From assembly GCA_035505695.1 (NCBI GenBank), contig DATJQO010000016.1, forward strand, positions 627 to 64,626: a stretch of DNA of 64,000 nt, given 5' to 3'. The translations under genes and the position numbers were made by a program. Position 1 is the stretch's first letter, and each line of letters starts with the position of its first letter. Of the stretch, positions 6,232-14,562 are shown in pieces. The notes below the pieces were generated by a model. That model was not told the DNA's origin. It saw only the letters and a program-made list of their open reading frames with translations, and did not search any database. The stretch comes from Mycobacterium sp. (GTDB taxonomy: Bacteria; Actinomycetota; Actinomycetes; Mycobacteriales; Mycobacteriaceae).

Positions 6232-8907
6232 TCAGCTTCGGTGTTCGAGTTCTGTTCTGGCCTGGTCGATTTGGTCGTAGGCGTAAGTCACCATCGCGGC
6301 GGTGGTCATCGTCTCACCCTTGCGGGCGAGCGATTCGTAGGTCTGGTCGCCGAGGACATCGCGGAGGTGGGTGATCGTGGTGGTGATCTCGGGTAACACC
6401 GCCGCGGCCATCGGACTGAGGGCGAAGCCAGCGATGGTGGCCGCGGGTTCATAGCGTTCGAGCCGGTCGAAAAGAGTGGCGAGGCTAGCCAGCGGCACGC
6501 GGATCGTCGTGCTGTCGCCAGCGTTGTGGAAGTTGCGGATCGCCAGAGTCAGGTGATCGAACGCGGCCACGGTGCCGCCGTGTTCGGTCTCAAGTAGGGC
6601 CAGACGGTTCGCCAGGACTGCCGCGGCAGCGCGATTGCCGCTGTCTTGAGCGATCACCAGACCCCGCCCGAGGGCGTTAAGCGCCCCGACGGGATCTGCG
6701 TCACGGAAAGCCGAACCGTAGGCACCGAGCGCCAACGAAAGCAACATCGAGTTGCCTGTTGCCTCCGCAGCCTCGATGACGCCATCCGCGCAATCCATCG
6801 CCTCTCCACCGGAACCGGCCAGTGCAAGGGCCAAAACCCGCCATCCCCAGATGTAGACGGTGGTGTCGCGGCGGCGTGCGAGCTGGGCGCGGCACCACTC
6901 GACCATCCTTTCGGGCTGGCCGATGGCCAGGTACACAGTGCCGAGCGCGGCCTCGGTGCCGAACGGCACCTCGTAGCGGCCGGTGCCGATCACCGTCTTA
7001 CCGGCGTCGCAATAGCCGACAGCCGCCTCGATTCGTCCGGTCGTGTAGCACGCCGACGCAATCACGTACAGGAACGCCAGCCGGGGGTGGTCGACGGCGC
7101 GGGCGGGCTCGATCAGCTCTTCAGCCCAGGCGATCGGCTCAACGGTTTGGACCAAAGCGCCGAGCCACCCCGCATAGGTGGCGATAGTGGCGGCGACATC
7201 CAGGTCGCCGTGGTCGGCGGCCCACCGGAACGCGGTGCGCAGATTGGCCAGCTCGACAGCGAACCAGTCGTAGGCCTCCGGCTGGCGGGGGCTGTCCCAC
7301 AGGGCCAGGATGTCGGCTTCGCGCCCTGCGAAATAGCGCGAGTGCGCGGCCCGAATCTCGGAAGCCTCGCCACCGGCGACCAGTTGTTCCTCGGCGAACT
7401 GGCGAATCGTCTCCAGCATCGCAAACCGGGTCCGCCCCGAAGAGCGGTCGGCGACCAAAAGCGACTTGCGCACCAGCGCATCCAGCAGATCGAGGGTGGC
7501 ATAGTCGTCGACACTTTCGGATCCGGCTACCGCACAAGCGCTTTGCACGTCAAATCCACCGGCGAACACCGAACACCTAACCAGCAGCGCCTTTTCGGCA
7601 TCATCGAGGTGGTCGTAGGACCACGCCACCGCGTGGCGCAGGGTGTGGTGCCGCGCCAGGCCACGCCGGGATCCGACCAGCAGCCGGAACCGCTGATCCA
7701 GACGGTCACGGACCTCGTTCGCGGTCATCGACGCCATCCGTGACGCCGCCAACTCGATGGCCAACGGGATTCCGTCGAGGCGGCGGCAGATCTCGACCAC
7801 CGCGGCAGCCTCGCGAGGCTGTTCCATGGAGAAGCGCGGGGCCACACTGCGGGCGCGTTCGACGAACAGATCGACTGCCGCAGAGTCAATTCCCGCACCG
7901 ACGTCCAGCGACGGCACCGGCCACAGTTGGTCGTCGGCGACCCCCAAACCTTCGCGGCTGGTCACCAAGATTTTCACGGTCGCCGAGTGCGTGAGGATTG
8001 CTTCGATCAGATCGGCGGCGGCGTCGAGAACGTGTTCGCAGTTGTCGAACACCAACAACCGCAGCCTGCCCTCTAAAGCGGAGGCCACCGAGTCGGTCAC
8101 TGTCTTGCCCGGTTGCTGGGTGATGCCCAGCATCGCCGCCACCGCATCGGGTACCGCCGCCGGATCAGTGACCGTGGCGAGTTCGAAAATCCAAACTCCG
8201 TCGGGAAATTCATCGGCCAGCCGTGCCGCGACTTCCAGTGCGAGACGGGTCTTTCCGACCCCGCCCACCCCGGTCAACGTCACCAACCGATGCGACCGCA
8301 CCGCCGCTTCGATTTCGGCCACCTCGCACTCGCGCCCGATCAAGCTGGTGGTCGCCGGCCGCAGATTTCCCGGCGTCGGATCGAGCGCCCGCAAAGGCGG
8401 GAATTCGGTGCGCAGGCCCTCGGCTCGTAGCTGAAACACACCAACGGGCGTCGGCACATCGCGCAGCCGACGCGGCCCCAAGTCGAGGACGTCGACCCCG
8501 CTGAGCAGCATTGCCGTTGAGTCCGCTATCAAGACCTGACCGCCGTGACCGGCGGCCATCACCCGCGCCGCACGGTTCAGCACCGCACCGAAGTAGTCAC
8601 GCTCGCGGAGTTCTGCTTCGCCGGTCGCGATGCCCATCCGCACCGGCAACTCCAGTTCCCGCTGTGCAGCCACGGCGGCATCCACTGCTGCCCTTGGTGA
8701 CGAGAACGCCGCGCATACCCCGTCTCCGGTGTGCTTGAACAACCAGCCCCCGTGCGCCTCAATAGCGGTGCGCAGCACCTTGTCATGGGCGGCCAGGGCC
8801 GCCCGCATCGCGTTCGCGTCGGACTCCCACCGACGCGTCGAACCCTCCACATCGGTGAACAGAAACGTCACCACCCCCGAAGGAGCAGTCGCCCGGTCAG
8901 CGGACAC
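6232..8907 (-). CDS. class III nucleotide cyclase - NB-ARC/STAND P-loop NTPase - TPR-like repeat protein
   Basis: 891 aa. N-terminal cyclase motifs are VTFLFTDVEGSTRRWE, KHTGDGVCAAFSS, MGIATGEAE and LNRAARVMAAGHGGQVL. The Walker A is GVGGVGKTRLA, followed by a long helical repeat region. I see no LuxR-type HTH at the C-terminus. Confidence 0.9.
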   Translation of the reverse strand: MSADRATAPSGVVTFLFTDVEGSTRRWESDANAMRAALAAHDKVLRTAIEAHGGWLFKHTGDGVCAAFSSPRAAVDAAVAAQRELELPVRMGIATGEAELRERDYFGAVLNRAARVMAAGHGGQVLIADSTAMLLSGVDVLDLGPRRLRDVPTPVGVFQLRAEGLRTEFPPLRALDPTPGNLRPATTSLIGRECEVAEIEAAVRSHRLVTLTGVGGVGKTRLALEVAARLADEFPDGVWIFELATVTDPAAVPDAVAAMLGITQQPGKTVTDSVASALEGRLRLLVFDNCEHVLDAAADLIEAILTHSATVKILVTSREGLGVADDQLWPVPSLDVGAGIDSAAVDLFVERARSVAPRFSMEQPREAAAVVEICRRLDGIPLAIELAASRMASMTANEVRDRLDQRFRLLVGSRRGLARHHTLRHAVAWSYDHLDDAEKALLVRCSVFAGGFDVQSACAVAGSESVDDYATLDLLDALVRKSLLVADRSSGRTRFAMLETIRQFAEEQLVAGGEASEIRAAHSRYFAGREADILALWDSPRQPEAYDWFAVELANLRTAFRWAADHGDLDVAATIATYAGWLGALVQTVEPIAWAEELIEPARAVDHPRLAFLYVIASACYTTGRIEAAVGYCDAGKTVIGTGRYEVPFGTEAALGTVYLAIGQPERMVEWCRAQLARRRDTTVYIWGWRVLALALAGSGGEAMDCADGVIEAAEATGNSMLLSLALGAYGSAFRDADPVGALNALGRGLVIAQDSGNRAAAAVLANRLALLETEHGGTVAAFDHLTLAIRNFHNAGDSTTIRVPLASLATLFDRLERYEPAATIAGFALSPMAAAVLPEITTTITHLRDVLGDQTYESLARKGETMTTAAMVTYAYDQIDQARTELEHRS

Positions 8908-9017
8908 CCCAGCAGAATGTCACACAGACCTGCTACTAGCTACCTCGTAGATCGACTCGATTCGAGTTTGCCGAGCGGTGCCCGTGACGCCTCTGCCGGA
9001 TCGCTGTCGCCCAGGGC

Positions 9018-9167
9018 CTGGCGCAACTGGCGTGACTGGCGCAACTGAGCGTGACCAGGCTGTTTGTGTGACGTGGCCTGGTATGACTGGTCGGCGTGAC
9101 TGCACCTAGTCGCGCCAAGCATTTCCGCAGGTCGGCCGCAGTCACGCTAGTTGCGCCAATCACGCCA
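9018..9167. repeat. iteron-like repeat cluster: 27/28-bp inverted repeat plus direct repeats
   Basis: 9028-9055 (tggcgtgactggcgcaactgagcgtgac) matches the reverse complement of 9141-9167 at 26 of 28 positions. ctggcgcaact is directly repeated at 9018-9028 and 9036-9046. Further GCGTGAC copies start near 9067 and 9093. Confidence 0.75.
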
Positions 9168-10347
9168 GTGGTGGTGGTCGGCGTGGCCGGTCTGGCTGCC
9201 GTAGCGACCAAAATGTTTGCCGGGGAAAGCCCTCGGACTCCGAAACAACCCTGAGCCGCGCAGAGGCACGTTCGATGCTGCGCTGGCTGAATCCCTCGCT
9301 GCGTCCGGCATTCTTTACGTCTCGGGATCTCGCCCGGCCTTCCTGAAGCAGGTAGTCCTCTAGCCATTGCACCGCCTCGGGTGGCTCGTCATCATTGTTG
9401 CGGCTTAATAGGTCCCGTGCGTCGTGATCGCTATAGCCAACCCCACTGGACTCGTGGCACGCCCCGAAGGTCGTCGGGCACTAGCTGATACAGAAGCGAT
9501 GGCGGCTTGGGAGCGAGGTTGTTCTTCACCGACGCCAGCACCCGTTGATCCGCGTTGTCGGGGTCGGTGGCGACGATCATCCCGGCACGTGCCGCGCCGA
9601 CGATGCCGATGGATCCGCCGCCCCGATAGAGGGGATCACCGTTACCTTTATTTAGGTGCCGGAGCAGAAGAATTGAGCATGAGGTACTTTCGGCCAGCGC
9701 CGCCAGGCGCGCCAGTACGCGCCGAACATCTTGATCTTTGTGCGCGTCGGTGCCAGTCGGCAGATAGGCCATCAGCACGTCGATGATGACCAGCCGGGCG
9801 TGCGTCCCCGTGACAAGCGTGCGAAGCTGTTCGACATCGGCCAGTGTGGGCGGCCGCAGGGTGCCCTCGTCGTCGATTGGGACGCCCTGCACTGCAACGA
9901 CTCTGGACACGTCGGCGTTGGCGGCATCTAGCCGAGGTCGGATGGTGTCGGCCAGGCCGTCCTCTGCTGACATCAGGATCACGTCGCCCGGACAGTTGCA
10001 ACGTGTCCCGTCCGGCCATTTGCCGCCGGTACTGACGATTGCGCCGAATGTCAGTGCAAGTGTGGATTTCCCGAGTCCAGGGTCGCCGTCGAGGGTGATT
10101 ACCTTGCCCAGGGGGATCCGGCCGGGCCATAGCCTCTGACTTGCTCTGGTTGTACGGCATCAAGCCTGACGGCGGAGAATCCTAGTCCGTTCGGCTGATC
10201 CGGTGGCTCATACGGTGGTGGAATATCGTCTTCGTAGTGATTGGCGTGCGATGCGCCGTTACGGCTGGAGGGCTGTTCAGCGGCGAACCGCTCGGCAGCC
10301 GCTTTGCCTCGGGCCAACAACTTTTCGTCGGCGGTCACCGTGACCAC
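9160..10347 (-). pseudogene. RepA-like AAA_25/RecA-fold ATPase with C-terminal wHTH, frameshifted
   Basis: Three frames join into one protein. The pieces are VVTVTADEKLL...VQPEQVR, then WPGRIPLGKVITLDGDPGLGKSTLALTF...RVQW, then YSDHDARDLLSRNNDDEPPEAVQWLEDYLLQEGRARSRDVKNAGRSEGFSQRSIERASARLRV. One-nucleotide shifts lie near 10130-10134 and 9436-9446. Confidence 0.7.
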
Positions 10348-10496
10348 AACTCATCGTCGAAATCATCCTTGCGCTCGTAGCAACGGCAGGTAAGAGGCTC
10401 TCGGCAGCCGCACGCGAGCGGCGGTAAGCGGAGACTTGTTTCGCGGCGGCGGCGTAGTTGTGCGCCAACGCTTTCCGTTTTGATATGATCAGCCAT
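10335..10496 (-). CDS. small Cys-rich hypothetical protein (53 aa), below the ORF-track length cut-off
   Basis: ATG at 10496 follows GGAAGGAAGG. The translation is MADHIKTESVGAQLRRRRETSLRLPPLACGCREPLTCRCYERKDDFDDELWSR. Its TGA (10335-10337) overlaps the GTG start region of the ATPase ORF at 10347, which suggests translational coupling. Confidence 0.4.
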   Translation of the reverse strand: MADHIKTESVGAQLRRRRETSLRLPPLACGCREPLTCRCYERKDDFDDELWSR

Positions 10497-10709
10497 TAGT
10501 TGGCCCTTCCTTCCAACGGTTTGAGCAGCGTCGGGTGTTAGCAGCCCGGCGTTGCTGCTTTTGTCAGTGAGTCGATGAGTTGTTTCGGAACAGCAGACGA
10601 ACCCGCTCGCGCTGCCGGGCGGTAAGAGGCGGTGCCGTGGAGACGTTGCGCTTTACGGCTTCTCGGGACTTGGGGTCGAGCTTCCGCAACCACGGAGGCA
10701 GGTCTGCGC

Positions 10710-10928
10710 TCACGCGTCTTGACCTGTGATTGCGGCAGCGTCTTCGCGCAGAATGCGCCAGCGGTTCCCGAACTTGGTTCCACGTAGCAAGCCGGTGCGT
10801 AGCCAGCGGTGCACCGTATAAAGGTGGACCTCGGCTATGGCCGCGACATCCTCCGGAGACAGCGTGCGCTGGATCGGGTCGATGGGGGCAAGAGGGGTTG
10901 CGTGTAGCTTGTTTGATTTACCGGGCAT
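10710..10928 (-). CDS. excisionase-family helix-turn-helix DNA-binding protein (Xis/RDF candidate)
   Basis: 72 aa. The string LSPEDVAAIAEVHLYTVHRWLRTGLLRGTKFGNRWRILREDAAAI matches the MerR-like excisionase HTH pattern. The ORF is intact. Confidence 0.8.
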   Translation of the reverse strand: MPGKSNKLHATPLAPIDPIQRTLSPEDVAAIAEVHLYTVHRWLRTGLLRGTKFGNRWRILREDAAAITGQDA

Positions 10929-10951
10929 TGGGGTGAAATCCCTTCGCGGAT

Positions 10952-11014
10952 AAAAAAGCCGGGTACACCAACGAAAGGGACTCTGGCCCTACGGGTTCGT
11001 TGGCTGCCCGGCTT
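10952..11014 (-). terminator. intrinsic terminator-like hairpin followed by a T-run, between integrase and xis
   Basis: On the minus strand the sequence reads aagccgggcagccaacgaa ... ttcgttggtgtacccggctttttta. It forms a long interrupted stem followed by T6. Confidence 0.6.
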
Positions 11015-11249
11015 CACTTTCCGCTAACACCGCTTCGTACCGCACACGCGGCGGTCCTCAGCTTTCCGCCTTTGGATTACATCGCCGCGCCGTACTAGCG
11101 CCCGTATGAAATTATAAAGCGAGCTTATGCGTCGTCACATTGCGAGCGCCATGCCCGCACCAAAATATGTAGCGCGTGTCGGGCGCGACACGCCGCAACA
11201 AAATCGTGGACCCCGGTAGTGTGGCTCCATCTATCTGTCTGCAACTGCC

Positions 11250-12748
11250 CTATTCGCCGCGCCGCCAGGCGACATCCACATAGTCGGAATCGAACTTGCC
11301 CAGCCCCGGTGGGCACGGCTTAATCGTCACGACGCATAGCTCATCGACGGCCTGAGCGCGCTGCATGGGACTCATGGCCTGCCACACCTCCCAGGCGTTG
11401 GCCCCGGCAGCCACCAGAGCCGCAGCCGGTGACGTACGCGTAGCGTCGGCAAGCTGCCGGTCCACCAAGGCCAGCTTGTTGCCGGTGTCGCGGCTCGACT
11501 TGCCGAACTGCTCCGCGTCGATCTGGTCGTCATTGAACAGGTCGTCAGGTTATCCAGCTTGCGCTGCAAGGCTTCCCGTTGCACCGACAAGGCGTCGATG
11601 TCAGCGCCCCGATTAGCGAGCAGGTCGGCGCGTCGGGCTGCGTCATGCGTTCCAGCACGGTCGCGGTCACATAGTCATCGACGGGTTCACCGGCCCGCAG
11701 GACGTGTGCGTGATCGCGGCAAGCGTAGGCGCGGCTCTTGCGGTTGGTGGCGCGTCCAGCAGCGTTCCCAGGCATCGCGGCCTTCATCCGGCCACTGCAC
11801 TTACCGCAGCGATACAGGTTGGAACCGAGGTACTTTCGCTCATACGAGGTGCATTTAATCCGGGAAGGGTCGGAAAGATACCCGACCAGGCCACGATGCG
11901 TGTCGATGTCAATGAGCGGAGTCCAATTTCCCTGGAACTCGGTCACTTTCCCGGCCTTATCGGTGTGTGTCTTGATCGCGGCATACTTCGGGTTAACCAG
12001 CAGCCGCCGGACCCGCCGACCTGTCCACTCGCCGGACACGGTCACATCCTCGCCGGTGTGGGGGGTTCTTCTGCACCCGCCCTGCCAGAGTCGTCTTGAG
12101 GCCCTGAGCATTCCAGTCACGCGCTACCTGCTGAATGCTCTTGCCGCTCAACACGTCTACAACAGCCTGGCGCACAGCACTCGCCTCCGGCTCCAACGGC
12201 TCACCGGTCATGGTGTATCCGAAAGTCCGGTTGGCCGTCTGCCACTTGCCCTTCTCGGCCTTCTGCCGGTTGGACCGGATGCGACGTTCGCTCATATGCT
12301 CTGACTCCTGCCGTGCGACCGAACCGAGGATGCGGGCCACCATGCGGCCCGCAGAGGTGGACAGGTCCAACTCGCCGCCCTGTACGGTACGGATCGAAAT
12401 CTTCGCGGCTTCGGCGATCTCGATCAAGCGCTCCAAGTCCTTCATGCTGCGGTAGAGCCGGTCGGTGTGCCAGCAGATTAGTGGGTCGATCTCGCCGCGC
12501 TTCATCTCATCGAGCAGCGATTCGAAACCAGGGCGGACCTTGCCGCAGTACGCCGAGATGTCGTTGTCCACCAGGACGGTGATGACCTCCCAGCCCAGCG
12601 CGTCGGCCAGGGCGCGGCAGTCCTCCTGCTACCGCTCCACGCCCAGGCCGTCGCCGCCCCGCCTACGGGTGTCGGCAGCGGCGGTGCCGGGGTCGTTGGA
12701 TATGCGGGCATAGATCGCGGCCCGCCTCGGGGTGTTTGTGCTGTACAT
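11250..12748 (-). pseudogene. large serine recombinase (phage-type integrase), multiply disrupted
   Basis: The N-terminus MYSTNTPRRAAIYARISNDP...GVER is followed by an in-frame TAG at 12629-12631, then QEDCRALADALGWEVITVLVDNDISAY...RLYRSMKDLERLIE, which is the resolvase catalytic domain. Frameshifts lie near 12057-12063 (G-run), 11628-11631 and 11543-11548. The C-terminus ends ...DSDYVDVAWRRGE. Confidence 0.85.
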
Positions 12749-12758
12749 GCCACCCATT

Positions 12759-13861
12759 CTACAGCGCACGACTGTAACGTGCGTTGGCGTACAACATGAT
12801 TCGCTGCCCCCCAGAGGCCAGGCGTTTAGTGTGATACAACCCCATGGCTTTGCCGCCGTCGAAAATCGCGAGGTAGTGATGCGCATGGCCGGCCATGCGG
12901 ATCAGGTCCGTCATGGGCAGCAGAGTGCCGCCACCGGTGCGGCCGCGGCCGGCTGCGGCTTCGAGGTCGGTCAATGTAGTGGTGACGATGACGCTGACGG
13001 GTAGCCCGTTGTGCTGACCCAATTCTCCTGACATCAGCAGGGCGCGCAGGCCGGCGAGCAGACCATCGTGGTTACGCTGACCCTGGCTGCGGCTGTCGCG
13101 CTGCACGGCTGGTTCCGGTGCCGGGCCGTCCACTATGGGCGTCTCGTCGTCAGGGTTGCACATGCCCGGGGCGGCCAGCTTGGCCAGCGCTGCGTCGAAC
13201 GTGGCGCGCAGCTCGGGGTTGAGGTAGCCGGTGATGCGGGACATGCCATCCAATTCCTGCGACCCGATGACGATCCCGCGCCGTCGCGCCCTGTCCTCGT
13301 CGGTGAAATTGCCGTCGGGGTTGAGGCAGTCCATTAACACTTTGCCGTATTTGGTCAGCTCGTCGGGGCAGTAGTGGCGGGCTTTCCGGGCCAGGTCGGC
13401 TTCGGTGGCGTGGCGGGTGAACAGGTCCACATGCTGCGGCACTTGGGCGAAGAAGCTGCGGATCACCCTCACGTGACCTTCGCCGAGTACGCCGTCGCGC
13501 TGGGCGGCTGCCGTCGCTGTCAGCTGAGGGGCCAAGGGTTCACCGGTCAGGGCGCGGCGCGGACCTAGATCTTCGGCGTCGGCGACCGGCGGCTGGCTTC
13601 GGCGGGATTGATCCGTAGCCGGTTGGCCAAGGCGTCGCGCAGTGTGCCGCCGAGCTCCTCTTGGTTGGCCTGCTCGGCGAGTTGATTGATCAACGCATGC
13701 CCCGGTGCCCGCAGCCGGCGAGCCACCCGCTCGAGGCGCTCCAGCGCCCGCAGCCGTTCCGGTGTGGTGAGCACGTCAAACGACAACTCGGACAAGCGCT
13801 CCGCACCGGACTCGAGCACGTCGAAGGCCTCGACCATGTCCTCACGACTGCTCGACCTCAT
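12759..13861 (-). pseudogene. REP13E12 / DUF222 family ORF, 5' two-thirds only, truncated at the insertion and frameshifted
   Basis: The pieces are [31 protein letters not shown]...[12 protein letters not shown] and [41 protein letters not shown]...[12 protein letters not shown], then a foreign tail NARYSRAL and a stop. The HNH domain is missing. A one-nucleotide shift lies near 13583-13586. Confidence 0.8.
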
Positions 13862-13917
13862 GCCTCAGATCGTACGAAGGGTCACCGACAAGAAATGCTG
13901 CATGGTGGCATTGCTGG

Positions 13918-14562
13918 TCACCCCTGACGCCGCGGCCGCGGACGGTCACCGGCAAACCCCCGCACCACGTGCGCCCGCACGAACTCCGCGACTACCTCAG
14001 GATCGTCTATGTCCAGGGTCGATGAGGGCGTGCTGAATAGCGAAAACAGGATCCGGGCAAACCACTCACCGGCGGCCTCGACGTCGAGGTTCTTGCGGAC
14101 CTCGCCGGTGAGCTTGGCCGCGGACAGGTAGGGCGCGAAGAATTCTACGCACTCGCGCAGCAGCACGGCGGCATCCTTGGTCAGCAGCAGGCTGAGCGCA
14201 TCTTCGTCGAAATACCATCCTGAGGCGATGGCTTGGCGTGCTTGGGTCACGAACACCGCGGCGCGGCTGAACTTTTCCTCCAGCGACCCGCCCCGGTCCA
14301 TCGCTTTGGACATGTCACGGTAAAACTGCTCGGACGCATGCTCGGCGCACGCCTCAAGGACGGCGCCCTTGTCGCTGAAGTACTCATAGACGGTACTCCG
14401 GGAGACGTTGGCCGCCTTGGCGATATCCACTATCGTCGTCTTCTGGAGCCCCTGTCGGCAGAAGCATGCATACGCCGCCTCGACGATCAGCTCGCGGGTG
14501 TCGGTCGTCGGCTGAGATGGCTCGGTCGGCTCGGTCCTCAATCTCTCACCCACTCGGCGCAA
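13918..14562 (-). CDS. TetR-family transcriptional regulator
   Basis: The N-terminal HTH is TTIVDIAKAANVSRSTVYEYFSDKGAV, followed by a helical ligand-binding domain. The annotated start overlaps the upstream gene by 17 nt, so the true start may be slightly downstream. Confidence 0.88.
   Translation of the reverse strand: MRRVGERLRTEPTEPSQPTTDTRELIVEAAYACFCRQGLQKTTIVDIAKAANVSRSTVYEYFSDKGAVLEACAEHASEQFYRDMSKAMDRGGSLEEKFSRAAVFVTQARQAIASGWYFDEDALSLLLTKDAAVLLRECVEFFAPYLSAAKLTGEVRKNLDVEAAGEWFARILFSLFSTPSSTLDIDDPEVVAEFVRAHVVRGFAGDRPRPRRQG

Larger units (their letters stand above)
9018..12800 (-). mobile_element. decayed integrative module (serine integrase - Xis - small ORF - RepA-like ATPase) inserted in a REP13E12/DUF222 ORF
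   Basis: Supported by gene content, the truncated target ORF abutting the integrase start, and the repeat cluster at the far end. The left boundary is uncertain, and the island may extend to the window start. Confidence 0.6.

Noticed and set aside
6232-6500. LuxR-type HTH expected at the C-terminus of the cyclase-ATPase protein
   Set aside because: The C-terminal 90 residues (…LRDVLGDQTYESLARKGETMTTAAMVTYAYDQIDQARTELEHRS) lack the LuxR/GerE helix-turn-helix pattern. The protein is therefore called cyclase-STAND-TPR, not a LuxR regulator.
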